Source: Vulcanimicrobiota bacterium
Lineage (GTDB): Bacteria > Vulcanimicrobiota > Vulcanimicrobiia > Vulcanimicrobiales > Vulcanimicrobiaceae
Length of the DNA: 64,000 nt
Reading direction: 5' to 3'
Assembly: GCA_963786105.1 (NCBI GenBank)
Contig: CAWAXX010000001.1
Coordinates: 32,001-96,000 of the forward strand
Below are positions 19,680 to 30,655 of the stretch, in pieces. The position numbers and the translations under genes are program-made. A model generated the notes under the pieces. The model was not told the DNA's origin, made no database searches, and was given only the letters and a program-made list of their open reading frames with translations. Every line of letters starts with the position of its first letter. The first letter of the stretch is position 1.

Positions 19680-20714
19680 GGCACGTTTTTTGCCGTTACG
19701 CGCTAACAGACTCACGGCGGCACGTTCGTCCGGTCTCAGCCCGAGGTGCGTCTTGCGAGCCGGCGACGAGGCGTTGAGCCGGCCGGTTTCGAGGTAGCGT
19801 TCGAACAGCACCGGATGAATATAGCATTTGCGACAGATCGCGGGCGTGTTACGAAGGCGCTTCGCCACAACCTTGGTCGCCTGAACGATCGCGCCGTTTC
19901 GAGCGCTCGGGTCGTCCGCCGGGTTGTCGGCAAGCCACCGAGCGCAACACACCGTGGCGAGCCACGTTCTAAAGTCCTTCGCCGTAAAGTCGGAGCCGGA
20001 GATGGTGCGGATATAGTCGTTCACGTCCGACGAATCGACCGGAGCGGCATTTCCTTCATCGTCCAAGAAACTAAAAAGATGTTGACCGGGGATCTCCTGG
20101 CATCGCGCAACGATGCGAGCGAGACGCCGGTCCTGCAGATCGACCTGATGCTGGAGTCCGCTCTTCCCCTTGAACGCAAAGCGTAGCTCCGCACCGCGCA
20201 CGCGAACGTGACGGTTTCGCAGCGTCGTCAACCCATAGGAGTCGTTTGCGCGGGCGTACTCTTCATTTCCGACGCGGATCAGCGTCGTTTCCAGTAGCGT
20301 AACGACGGCGGCCAGAACTTTCTCCTTGGGCATTCCCGGCTTTGCGAGATCCCGCGATACGACTTTCCGTATTCGGGGAAGGGCGCCGGCAAACTCCAAT
20401 AACCGCTCGTATTTCGTCGCGTCGCGCACGGCACGCCACCGCTCGTGATACCGATATTGTTTTCGGCCGCGCGCATCTCGTCCGGTCGCCTGTAGATGGC
20501 CGTTGGCGTGGGGACATATCCAGACGTCTGCGTATGCGGGCGGGACGGCCAGCTTAGCGATGCGATTCAACGTACGCTGGTCGCGAACCGGAGTTCCGTC
20601 GGGCCAGGTGTAACGGAATTTCGCCCGATCCCGAGCTCGGCGGATTCCAGGAGCGTCATCGGTTACGTAGCGCAGTCCGGCCTCTCGCGCTTGTTGCGCC
20701 GCAGTCGATTGCAC
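19641..20714 (-). CDS. DNA topoisomerase IB (bacterial/poxvirus-like)
   Basis: GHLQATGRDARGRKQYRYH, RVGNEEY, FKGKSG, AKDFRTW and NTPAICRKCYIHP motifs; start uncertain (ORF open to 20810). Confidence 0.93.
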   Translation of the reverse strand: MQSTAAQQAREAGLRYVTDDAPGIRRARDRAKFRYTWPDGTPVRDQRTLNRIAKLAVPPAYADVWICPHANGHLQATGRDARGRKQYRYHERWRAVRDATKYERLLEFAGALPRIRKVVSRDLAKPGMPKEKVLAAVVTLLETTLIRVGNEEYARANDSYGLTTLRNRHVRVRGAELRFAFKGKSGLQHQVDLQDRRLARIVARCQEIPGQHLFSFLDDEGNAAPVDSSDVNDYIRTISGSDFTAKDFRTWLATVCCARWLADNPADDPSARNGAIVQATKVVAKRLRNTPAICRKCYIHPVLFERYLETGRLNASSPARKTHLGLRPDERAAVSLLARNGKKRASRHSTVDLHDPA

Positions 20715-20741
20715 GGGCGGGGTCGCGGGCGGACGAGTCCC

Positions 20742-20766
20742 GTTTATCGCGGCCTTTTCGGGGTAT
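20742..20766 (+). promoter_or_regulatory. SigB/SigF-like promoter
   Basis: GTTTAT-N13-GGGTAT, essentially the B. subtilis SigB consensus, 31 nt upstream of the ATG at 20798. Confidence 0.7.
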
Positions 20767-20797
20767 AGATGCGTCACGTAACTCGATGGGAAGGGCA

Positions 20798-21022
20798 ATG
20801 ATGAAAGCAACCGATGCGGTCAAGAAGGCCATAGACGACGTCAAGGACACGATGAACGAAGCGGTACATCGCAGCAACGCCGAGGGGGAAAAAGCAAAAC
20901 GAGATTTGTTGGGCGACGAAATGACGGCTGGCGATAAGGCCAAATCGGTCGCGAACCAGGCGAAGGAAACCGTTCAGGCCGAATACGATGCCGCCAAAAA
21001 GGACGTCCGTGACAACGCGTAG
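20798..21022 (+). CDS. Small hydrophilic helical protein (CsbD/LEA-like composition)
   Basis: A/K/D/E-rich 74 aa; AAGGG RBS; followed by a terminator hairpin. Confidence 0.7.
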   Translation: MMKATDAVKKAIDDVKDTMNEAVHRSNAEGEKAKRDLLGDEMTAGDKAKSVANQAKETVQAEYDAAKKDVRDNA

Positions 21023-21048
21023 CACCGGCGCATTCTGGTCCGTGTAAA

Positions 21049-21074
21049 AGACGGCTTCGCTTGCGAAGCCGTCT
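21049..21074. terminator. Probable bidirectional intrinsic terminator
   Basis: AGACGGCTTCGC-TT-GCGAAGCCGTCT perfect inverted repeat between convergent genes, with an A-run upstream. Confidence 0.8.
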
Positions 21075-21099
21075 CTTGCTTGCATGCCGCCGGTCCGTC

Positions 21100-21339
21100 C
21101 TAGCTCGATTGCGGCTGCGGTTGCGTATTGGTGGTCGTCGTCGAATCGCTCTTTTGCTGGTTGCCGTTTGCAGGCTGCGTTACGGTCGTCGTATTGGTCG
21201 TCGAGGTGGTGTTCCAGGGGTGCCAATAAAACAGAACCACCAGGACCGCGGCAACGACGATCGCGACGATCGTTATGGCGGCGATGCTCGGACCCGCCGA
21301 GCCGTCTCTTATCACGACGTTTCGTTCATCGTTCATCAT
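21100..21339 (-). CDS. Small single-TM protein with Thr/Gln-rich tail
   Basis: GAGAGG RBS; one TM helix; low-complexity T/Q C-terminus. Confidence 0.75.
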   Translation of the reverse strand: MMNDERNVVIRDGSAGPSIAAITIVAIVVAAVLVVLFYWHPWNTTSTTNTTTVTQPANGNQQKSDSTTTTNTQPQPQSS

Positions 21340-21382
21340 ACGTACCTCTCCGTTCTTATCGTGCGCTTATCGTCGATGGGCG

Positions 21383-21541
21383 TTAGACGCGGGCACCTCT
21401 TCCCGTGAGGAGGTTGTAGATCACCAACACCACCACCACGAGCAAGAGTAAGTGAATGAGACCGCCGCCGAAATGCAGCACGAACCCCAGTAGCCACAGG
21501 ACAAAAACGACCACGATAATCGTCCATAACAGGTTTGCCAC
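21383..21541 (-). CDS. lmo0937-family small membrane protein, copy 2 (52 aa, absent from the ORF track)
   Basis: Manual translation MANLLWTIIVVVFVLWLLGFVLHFGGGLIHLLLLVVVVLVIYNLLTGRGARV; GAGGAGG RBS. Confidence 0.88.
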   Translation of the reverse strand: MANLLWTIIVVVFVLWLLGFVLHFGGGLIHLLLLVVVVLVIYNLLTGRGARV

Positions 21542-21570
21542 GCTTTCTTGCCTCCTCGTTGAGTTTAAGA

Positions 21571-21596
21571 GTACCCGCTGTGCGGCGCATCGAAAC
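21571..21596 (-). promoter_or_regulatory. SigB/SigF-like promoter
   Basis: Minus strand GTTTCG-N14-GGGTAC upstream of the GTG at 21541. Confidence 0.65.
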
Positions 21597-21603
21597 GCGC
21601 GTC

Positions 21604-22092
21604 ATGCTGCGCTACTTGCTTCTGGCAACGGCGATCGTGCTCGGTGTCGTGATGGGAGTAGCGGCCTGGGTGAATCGAGACCTTATTCGCATCAAGATCG
21701 CATCGGTCTACGCATCGGTCCACCCGAAGCCCGAGGCCGGCGGCGCGGTCGGAAGCCGCGCCGAGATAGGTCTGCGCGGCGATGCACCCTGGGCGCTTTC
21801 GGCGTTTCCGGAGTGCCTGGTACAAATGTCGAAGTCGACTGGATCGCTCGCTTTCGTCATGAGCCATCTACCCCCCGGAGCGATCGCAGTCGTGGCACCG
21901 GCATCGCTGAGGTACGGCGATTGCACGATCTCGCTGGCCGGCGACGAGGCCTTCGTCGTTCGCGGAGCCGATCGGTTTCGGATTCCGCCGCGCGTTCGGT
22001 TCTACCGGGCTCCGGGTGCGCTGGCGCTCCTGCGCGTGGATTCTAACGGGAACGAGCTGCGCGTTTACGAACCGTCCAAGAACAACCGATGA
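21604..22092 (+). CDS. Hypothetical membrane-anchored or exported protein
   Basis: N-terminal hydrophobic segment; ATGA overlap with prfC. Confidence 0.65.
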   Translation: MLRYLLLATAIVLGVVMGVAAWVNRDLIRIKIASVYASVHPKPEAGGAVGSRAEIGLRGDAPWALSAFPECLVQMSKSTGSLAFVMSHLPPGAIAVVAPASLRYGDCTISLAGDEAFVVRGADRFRIPPRVRFYRAPGALALLRVDSNGNELRVYEPSKNNR

Positions 22093-23685
22093 GTATTGAA
22101 GAAGAAGTCCGCAAGCGCCGGACGTTTGCGATCATTTCGCATCCGGACGCCGGCAAGACCACGCTCACCGAGAAGCTGTTGCTCTACGGCGGAGCGATTC
22201 ACGTCGCCGGCCAAGTCTCGGCGCGAAAACGCCAGCGTCAGGCGACCAGCGACTGGATGGCGCTCGAGCGCGAGCGGGGAATTTCGATCACCTCGACGGT
22301 CCTGCAGTTCCCATATCGCGGTTACACGATCAATTTGCTGGATACGCCGGGTCACCAAGACTTCGGTGAGGATACGTATCGCACGCTGCTCGCCGCCGAC
22401 AGCGCCGTGATGCTGATCGACGCCGCCAAAGGCGTCGAGCCGCAAACAAAAAAGCTCTTTGCGATCTGCCGCGAGCGCAGCATACCGCTCTTTACGTTCA
22501 TGAACAAGCTCGACCGTCCGAGCCGCGATCCGCTCGAACTGCTCGACGAGCTCGAATCGGTGCTCGGCATCGGCGCCTACCCGATGAACTGGCCGCTCGG
22601 AAGCGGCGAAGGATTCCGGGGCGTGTACGATCGCCGCACGCGCGCGCTGCACCTCTTCGAGCGTTCGGCTCACGGCGCGAAACGCGCGCCGGTGACGATG
22701 AGCGACGCCCGCGACGAACGGTTGCGCGAACTCGTCGACGACTACGAGTTCGCTCGTTTTCGCGACGGCATCGACTTACTCGACGGTGCCGGCGAAACGT
22801 TCGATCGCGACGCGATGTTGCGCGGCGAGACCACTCCGGTTTTCTTTGGGAGCGCGGTGACGAACTTCGGCGTCCAGCTGTTTCTCGACAACTTCGTCGA
22901 GCTAGCGCCGCTGCCGTCGCCGCGTGCCGGCATCTCGCCCGGCGACGCGGAGTTCACCGGATTCGTCTTCAAGGTTCAGGCCAACATGGATCCACGCCAT
23001 CGCGACCGGGTGGCGTTCGTGCGGGTGTGTTCGGGAAAATTCGAACGCGACATGACCGTGCGCAACGGTCGAAGCGGTAAAGAGGTCCGTTTGTCGCGCG
23101 CCATGCGTCTGTTTGCCGACGAACGAGAATCCCTCGATGCCGCGTACGCGGGCGACGTGGTCGGCCTTGCTAATCCCGGCGTCTTTGCAATCGGGGACTC
23201 ACTCTACGACGGAGCTCCGGTGGAGTTCGCGCCGATTCCGGCCTTTGCCCCGGAACATTTCGCGAGCGTTCGGAGTATCGATACTTCGAGTTACAAATCG
23301 TTCGGCAAAGGCATCGCGCAACTGCGCGAGGAGGGGGCGGTGCAAGTGTTCTACCCGCTGGGCTCGACCCGCACCGAGCCCATCGTGGCCGTGGTCGGCG
23401 AACTGCAATTCGAAGTGGCCAAGTATCGTCTGGAGGCCGAATATAACGTGAAGACCGTCTTCTCGACCTTACCGCTGACGATAGCCCGTCACGTCGAGGG
23501 AGACGCCGGGCGCATCGCGGCCGCTGCAAATGCCCTCGAACGCCAAGCTGGTCGAGGATTGGGACGGCCGCCCGGCAGCCTTGTTCGAAAGCGAATGGAG
23601 TTTACGGCTCGCCCAAGAGTGGAATCCCGAGCTGACTTTCGTTCGATTTTCCGCCGACACGTCGAAGGAGACCGTCGCACCGTGA
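22089..23685 (+). CDS. prfC: Peptide chain release factor 3, apparent frameshift near 23525
   Basis: [26 protein letters not shown] and NMDPRHRDR motifs; shifted frame gives the RF3-like end [22 protein letters not shown], stop 23683-23685. Confidence 0.93.
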
Positions 23686-24054
23686 AATGCATTCGAGTAT
23701 TCGCCGTTCTCGCCGCCGCCAGCGCTGGCCGCCTGCTCGTTCCAAAACAAGAACGAACGCGAAGCCGACAAGATCACCCACGCCGTGATGAACAACGACC
23801 TGCGCCCGGTAACCGACGACATCGCCAAAGGCGTGAATATTCCGCGCGTGAAGGTTGCGGAATGGTCGGACGAGCTAAACGCTCAGGGCAAGCTGCTCTC
23901 GATCAAGGAGGTCACCGCCGACTGCGAGGCCGGCTGGCATTGCTTCGAAGCGAAATTCGAGAAGCACGTGTACCTCGAACGTATGCGGCTCGACGAAAAC
24001 GGCAAAGTCGTGAACTGGAACTTCAAAATGGCGCCCGCCGCCGCAGGTTCGTAA
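23682..24054 (+). CDS. Hypothetical lipoprotein, apparent frameshift near 23720
   Basis: [15 protein letters not shown] then, after a one-base shift, [12 protein letters not shown] continuing into ORF 23785..24054. Confidence 0.65.
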
Positions 24055-24069
24055 ACGTCGAATCCGGCG

Positions 24070-25036
24070 ATGGTCGGCTACGCCGACGTTCGCGCTGCCG
24101 CGCGCCGCTTAGCCGGCGTCGCCCACCGCACGCCGGTGGTGCGGTCGCGCACGCTCGACGCAGCCTGTGGCGCCGAGGTATTCGTCAAGTGCGAGAACTT
24201 GCAACGCATGGGCGCGTTCAAGTTTCGCGGCGCCTACAATATGCTGGCGTCGTTGTCGCCCGCCGAGCGCGAGGCCGGCGTGGTCGCCTTTTCGAGCGGA
24301 AATCACGCGCAAGGGTGTGGCGTTGGCGGCGCGGATGCTCGGGATCTCGGCGACGATCGTCATGCCCTCGGACGCGCCGGACGTCAAGCTTGACGCCACG
24401 CGCGAGTACGGCGCCCAGGTCGTTCTGTACGAACGCGAGCGCTCGAATCGGGAAGAAATCGCCCGCGGAATAGCCGCCGAGCGGGGAGCGACGATCGTGC
24501 CGCCCTTCGACGACCCGCGAATCGTTGCCGGCGCCGGAACGGCGGCTCTCGAGCTGTTGGAAGAGGCGGGCCGGCTCGACGCGGTGGTCGTTCCGGTGGG
24601 TGGCGGCGGACTGATCTGCGGCACGGCGCTCGCCGCGCACGGCATCGACGACACCATCGCCATCCATGGGGTGGAACCTGAAGCGGGCGACGATTTCGCG
24701 CAGTCGCTGATACGCGGCGATCGCGTCACCATCGGCGTCCCCCGAACCATCGCCGACGGATTGCAAACGATCTCACCCGGCGTCGTGACGTTCGCCATCG
24801 CCAAGAAGCACGTTCGCAGCGTCGTCACCGTTACCGACGACGAGCTCCGCGACGCGATGCGTTTCGCCTTCGAGCGGTTAAAAATGGTCGTCGAACCGAG
24901 CGGGGCGGCGGCCATTGCGGCGTTACTGCAGCGGCGTATCCCCGAGCTGGCCGGACTCCGGGTCGGAGCGATCGTGAGCGGCGGCAACATCGACGCCGCG
25001 CGCTACGCGCAACTGCTTCAGTGCCCCATCGAATAG
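24070..25036 (+). CDS. PLP-dependent threonine/serine dehydratase family, apparent frameshift near 24315
   Basis: [37 protein letters not shown] and SGGN motifs split across two frames. Confidence 0.9.
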
Positions 25037-25587
25037 AATTCGGCGTTCGGCCGCATATCCATCAGGCCCGCCATGCGGTTTGAAAAGCCAAAAAATGCGG
25101 CGATGGCGGCGACGTCCCAAATATCGTCGTCGGAAAATCCGGCATCGCGCATGGTTTGGATCTCGCCGTCGGTGGCTGCGAAACCGGGTTCGTTGACGCG
25201 CGACGCGAACTCGAGTATCGCGCGCAAGCGCGCGGAGAGGTCCGCAGTGCGCCAGTTGTTGGCGATCTGTTCGGCAAGCATCGGATCCTTGCCGAGAATG
25301 CGCAGCGCCGCGCCGTGGGCGGTCATGCAGTACTGGCAGCGATTTTCGGCCGACACCGCCACCACGATTGCCTCCCGCTCGGCGCGGCTCAAGCCGCCGG
25401 GACCTTTCATCAGCACGTCGTGATAGGCCATGAACGCGCGAAAGTGTTCCGGCCGCCGCGCATACGCGCGAAAGACGTTCGGAACGAACCCGATCTTCGC
25501 GCGATTGACCTCGTAGACGTCGCGAATGTCGGCCGGCAGCTCGGCTTCGGCGGGCTCGCCGAAGCGCGAAGCTGACGTACGCGTCAC
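25018..25587 (-). CDS. AhpD/CMD-family peroxidase-related enzyme
   Basis: GFVPNVF and EREAIVVAVSAENRCQYCMTAHG motifs. Confidence 0.9.
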   Translation of the reverse strand: MTRTSASRFGEPAEAELPADIRDVYEVNRAKIGFVPNVFRAYARRPEHFRAFMAYHDVLMKGPGGLSRAEREAIVVAVSAENRCQYCMTAHGAALRILGKDPMLAEQIANNWRTADLSARLRAILEFASRVNEPGFAATDGEIQTMRDAGFSDDDIWDVAAIAAFFGFSNRMAGLMDMRPNAEFYSMGH

Positions 25588-25591
25588 GGCG

Positions 25592-26005
25592 TTAGGAGGC
25601 CGTGATATTGCCGCACGAGACGTAGGTCGCTAAGTCCGACGTGCTCTTGTGGACGTTGATCGCAAACGGCGAAGCCAATAGTTGGTCGATGGTGACGCCT
25701 TTGACGAGCGTCGTCGACGTGCCGTTGGCGAGGCTCGTGAGCGGATACTGCGGGGCCGGATTGAGGCTGGTGCAGGTGCCGGGGTGAATGTGCGCCGGCT
25801 GCGCGTTCGCGGGAGCGTTCTTGACGGTAACGACGACTTGCACGCCGTCGGGTGTCTGCGTCAGCGTCGCGGAACCGTCCTCGCCCGAACCGTTCTGGGC
25901 GCTCATGGTAACGGCGAGCGGGCCGGTGGCCGCCGTGACGGGGGCGGCGGTAAAGGCGAGAACGGCGAGTGCCAAAGCGGCGATGGCATAACGGGTAGCG
26001 TTCAT
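25592..26005 (-). CDS. Exported protein with CHRD/Cu-Zn-SOD-like His motifs
   Basis: Signal peptide; QPAHIHPGTC, AINVHKS and VSCG motifs. Confidence 0.7.
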   Translation of the reverse strand: MNATRYAIAALALAVLAFTAAPVTAATGPLAVTMSAQNGSGEDGSATLTQTPDGVQVVVTVKNAPANAQPAHIHPGTCTSLNPAPQYPLTSLANGTSTTLVKGVTIDQLLASPFAINVHKSTSDLATYVSCGNITAS

Positions 26006-26063
26006 ATCGGTGCTGTTCCTTTCTCGAGAGACGCGTACTTTAATGAAGAGATCCTACCTTATT

Positions 26064-28985
26064 TTAGTGAGGGGGCTGCCGTTCGGCCTTTTCCAGCCGT
26101 CCGGCGAGGGTGACGACCGCCGCATCGGCTTGACTCGTCGGCGGGGCGTCGGCGCCGTCGATGGTGTCGAGAAGAAACGCTGCGGCTTCGTTGATCGAGC
26201 CGAACTCATCGGCGGCCTTGGCATGGCCGGCAGTTTTGGCGGCGCCCGAGTCGCGAAAGCTCCGGTCCATGATCGACGTCAGCGTATGCGCGAGTCCGTA
26301 TTGCGAGGCCAGGGCGGCCGGCGTCATCGACACCCGTGGATCCATCGCGACGACCAGCGGCTGCCGCGTCGTCGTCCCATCGACGTCCAGCTCGACGACG
26401 TAGTTTCCCGGAACTACGAGCGCACCTTCGGGCACGGGCGGCGTATCGTGCGGAACTGCCGAGATCGGCAGGTCTCTAGCCGGCGAAAGCGGGGCGGGCT
26501 CGCGGAGGTCCCAAACGAAGCGATGCATGCCCTGCACCGGTGCCGGGCGGCGAAACGGGCGCTCCCAATACGCCGGTTTATCGAGATCGGGAATTGGCGG
26601 CGGTGCCGGATCGTCGCTAGCGTAGCGCCGTACGATGCGTTGCCGGTCGTCATAGATCGTCACCACCACCCGTCGCGCGTTTGCCGTCAACGCGTAGTCC
26701 AGGATCGCGCCGTCGGGCGGATTCTGCCCGGTCGGCTCCTCGGGCGGCAGCGGCGTGTCGGTATTCAGGCTGCGCCGGACGCGATAGCGCGAGTTCGGGC
26801 AGAAAAAGGTAGGCGCCGCGGTTCTGCGCCAGTCGCCAGATCGCCGTTCGTCCGTGCGAGTGTCCGTAGCGGCGTGACGTCGTCGAGGATCCAGAAACCG
26901 CGGCCGTGCGTCGCGACGATCGCGTCGTTTCCGTGAACGATGATGTCGCGTACCGACGTGTGCGGGAGCCCTTGCTGGAGGCTCTGCCAGTGCGCACCGG
27001 CGTCGAACGAAACGTCCACGCCGTTTTCGGTCGCGGCATAAAGCAATCGAGGTTCTTGCGGATCCTGCCGAACGGCATTTACCGGCTGGTTTGGAAGGCC
27101 GTCGATCGCGAGCTGCCAGTGCGCTCCGCCGTCGCGGGTAACGTACACGTACGGTCGCAGGTCGTCGAGACGAAACCGATTGACGGCCACGAAGGCGGTC
27201 GCGTCGTCGGTGCGGGAGGCGTCGATTTGCGCGATCTTGCTCCACGGCACGAGGCCCGGCGGCGTGATGTCGTGCCAATGCGAACGCCGCCGTCGCGCGT
27301 GATCCACACCAAGCCGTCGTCGGTGCCCGCCCAAATAGTTCCGCGATGGCGGTACGAGGGTGCGATCGCGTAGACGACGCCGCGATGCGTTCCATGTTGC
27401 TGATCGTTGCTTTCGAAGGGCCCGAGGGTTGCCGGCACCGCCGGATGCGCGCGCGTTAGGTCCGGACTGATGACGTGCCAGCGCGCGCCGCCGTCGTCGG
27501 TTTGGAAAACGACGTTCGAGCCGAAGTAGAGCCGGCGTTTGTCGAAACGATCGAACGCCAGCGGTTCGGTTCGAACGACTCGATACGATTTCGACGGTAG
27601 TGCAATCGGGGAGACCTCTTGCGCCTGTCCCGTTCGCTCGACAAAGCGCTCGACTTTTCCGCCGAAGAAGATACCCGGGTGCAGCGGATCGGGAATGACG
27701 TATCCGTATTCTTGCGCTCCCGCAGTGTGCCAATCTCGTTGCGTGATCGCACCCCAGTCGCCGCGACTGCTGACGCATGCCGAACCACTTTCTTGTTGTC
27801 CGCCGCACACCCAGTACGGAAACCGGTCGTCCGCCGACACGTGGTACATTTGCGCCGTCGGCTGGTTGTACCAGGAACTCCAGGTGCGGCCGCCGTTAAC
27901 CGAAATCGTCGCGCCTTGATCGCTCACCAGTCCCACGACGCCAGAGTCGTTGGGATCGATCCAAATGCTGTGATAGTCGTCGCCTCCGGGCGCGCCTTTG
28001 ATCGCCGTAAACGTCTTGCCGCCGTCGCTCGACCGATACGTCGACGTGTTGGTGAGATAGACGACGTTTGCGTCGTGCGGGTCTACCGCGATCGAAACCA
28101 GGTCGTCGCCGCGCTGCGCGATTTGCGGATCGCCGTTGGTTTTCGCGAAGTGGGCGCCGGCATCGACGCTGCGGTAGACGGCGCCGCCGTGGTCTTGCGT
28201 ATCGGCGTATGCGTACACGATCTGCGCGTCGCTTCGGCGCGAGAGCGATTTCCGAACGACCAATTTGCGCGGGAAGGCCGTCGGTGAGTTGCGTCCAGGT
28301 CGTTCCGCCGTCGGTGGACTTGAAGATCCCGCTGCCGGGTATCTCGAACGATCCGCCGATTTCCCACGGGGCTTGACGCGCCGCCCATAACGTCGCAAAC
28401 ACCGTGTTCGGATCGTGCGGATCGAGCACGACGTCGTACGCGCCGGTATTTTCGTTCTTGAACAGCACTCGGGAAAACGAAGCACCGCCGTCGATCGAGC
28501 GATAGATGCCGCGCTCGTCGTTGGGACCGTACGGATGACCGAGCACCGCCACGAAAACGCGATCGGCGTTCTTCGGATCGACGGCGATCGCCGCAATCTG
28601 CCGCCCGTCGCGTAAACCGAGGTGCGTCCAGGTCGCTCCCCGCATCGTTCGACTTATAGATCCCGTCGCCGACGGCAAGGTCCGGACGTTGCAGTCCTTC
28701 GCCGCTGCCGGCATAGATGACGTTTGCGTTACTCGGAGCGATCGCGAGCGCGCCGATCGAACCGGTGGGCTGCGAATCGAAAATCGGCGTCCACGTGCGT
28801 CCGGCGTCGTCGGTCTTCCAGATTCCGCCGTTCACGACGCCGATGTAGAAAAGATTTGGACGACCCGGAACGCCGGCTATCGAGGTCGTCCTGCCACCGC
28901 GCAGCGGACCGACGAATCGCCAGTGTAGATCCTGGTACAGGGCGGGCGACACGCCCGTCAGTCCGGCAATCGCGGTGAGGAGCAT
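26064..28985 (-). CDS. VPS10/BNR-repeat (sialidase/glycoside hydrolase-like) beta-propeller protein with at least 4 apparent frameshifts
   Basis: WRFVGPLRGGR, repeated S/TxDGGxTW Asp boxes, GGDDYH, GGQQESG and ATHGRGFW distributed over five ORFs. Confidence 0.85.
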
Positions 28986-29012
28986 TAGCCGGCGCAGCGA
29001 GTGGTGAGGCGA

Positions 29013-29904
29013 TCAATGGTGCGTGACTCGGCCGACGAATGCCGCGATCTCACCGAAGGCTTCGCGCGATTCAGGCAGGCTGGAAAAGATATGCCAGACG
29101 TGCGGAACCCCGTCGAACAGACGCAGGCTCGAATCGACGCCGGCCGCGCGAGCCTTGGCGTCGAGACGCACTGCGTCGTCGCGCAACGTCTCGATCGTGC
29201 TGGCCTGAATCATCAGCGGCGGCAAGCCGTGGAGCTCGGCATAGAGTCCGGACGCCAGCGGATCGTCCAGCGGCCGGTCGCCGACGTACGCGTGCGCGAT
29301 TCGCCGCTCGCCACGTTTCGAGACCAGCAGGGTTGCCGCGAGATCGACCCACGGGGCGATCATCACCGCCCCGGCAGGCATGGGCAAACCCGAATCCCGC
29401 AGCGCCAGCATCGTCGAAAGCGCCAGCCCGCCGCCTGCCGAGTCGCCGGCGATCACGATATTGCGCGGCGCGTTTCCCGCGGCGAGGAGCCACCGGTATC
29501 CGGCCACCGCATCGTGGACCGCCGCCGGAAAGCGGTGTTCCGGCGCCAGCCGGTAGTCGAGCGCGAAGACGCGCGCGGTGCAACGCCGGCAAAAGGCGCC
29601 GGTGAGCGAGCGGTACATCGCCGGCGAACCGGCGACGTAGCCGCCGCCGTGCAGGTAGTATACGACGGTCGCCGCGTTGGGTTTGGCGTTGAGAATGACC
29701 CACTCGCCGCGAACGCCCGCCGCACGATCCTCGACCGACGCTCGCGCGAGACCGCGCGGCAGACGACCGAACAACAGCACGCTGCGGCCGATCAGACCGA
29801 CGGTACTTGCGCACGAAATGCGGGCTCGCAACGGTGCGTGCGCCCGGAATTTTAGACGTTACGCGAAGAACCATGCGCAGCGCGCGGGCTCCCAGGCTTG
29901 CCAC
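29013..29904 (-). CDS. Alpha/beta hydrolase (HSL-family esterase), apparent frameshift near 29830
   Basis: HGGGY, DYRLAPEH, GDSAGG and HVW motifs. Confidence 0.88.
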
Positions 29905-29912
29905 CAGCGCGC

Positions 29913-30594
29913 CTACAGGCGCTTCCCGTTACGCTTGCCGCGGTGCTTTGGTGCGAAGGCCGCTCCGATTTTCCATGACGTCTTGCGCGGTAGCGTCTCG
30001 TCGACGTCGTCGCACCCGATCGGGCTAAAGTCGCGACAATCGTTCGGGCGGCCTTCGTAGATACCGCAATAGTGCCGTCCGCTGCGCGAACCCATAAGAA
30101 ACACGCATTGATCGGAGATATCGTCTCCGACCTTGCGCAGCCAGCCGACGTGGAAAGCCATCGGCCGACGGGCGTTGCACGACGTAGTCGCGCAGGACGT
30201 CGTCGTAACTCAGACCGAGATGCTCGGCGATCCGGCGAACGTCGGCTTTGCTGACGAACGGCTCGTAGCCGCTGCAACATTCGGCGCAGCCTGGCGGACA
30301 AGCGACGTTGTCGGGCATGTCTTTGACATGCTTGCGCGCGAGGTCGATCACTTTGCCGACGGCTCTGACGAACTCCGGGTCGTCGTTGTACTTATAGACC
30401 CATTCGCGTTTGGTGATTTCGTTGGCGTTGTAATAGCGCGTCGTCTTTTCGTCGAACTCGATCGTGATGTGCTCTTCGTCGATTTCGATCTTGTTGACGT
30501 GTTCCAGCGCGCGCGCGTCGAGCAGCTCGGGGTGCGTCGGCTGCCCCGTGCGACGCGCATAGCTCCGCAGGTTAATGAGGTCGATGGTCTCCAT
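29913..30594 (-). CDS. YkgJ-family (CxxCC) Zn/Fe cysteine-cluster protein, apparent frameshift near 30157
   Basis: CPPGCAECC, then CVFL..CGIYEGRPNDCRDF in the shifted frame. Confidence 0.82.
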
Positions 30595-30655
30595 GCGCCA
30601 TTCGATTCCTCCGGCGTGCGGGTGCGGCCTGTAGCCGTGCCAAACATAAGCGGGC

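Noticed and set aside
19641..20810. Topoisomerase IB and LigD/LigC as evidence of a prophage or mobile element
   Set aside because: No integrase, att sites or phage structural genes; these are common chromosomal stress and repair genes in soil bacteria
22089..24473. 794-aa RF3 with a long novel C-terminal extension, or a programmed frameshift in prfC
   Set aside because: The normal RF3 C-terminus is present in another frame and ends at 23685; there is no slippery site with an in-frame stop as in prfB; neighbouring genes show similar indels
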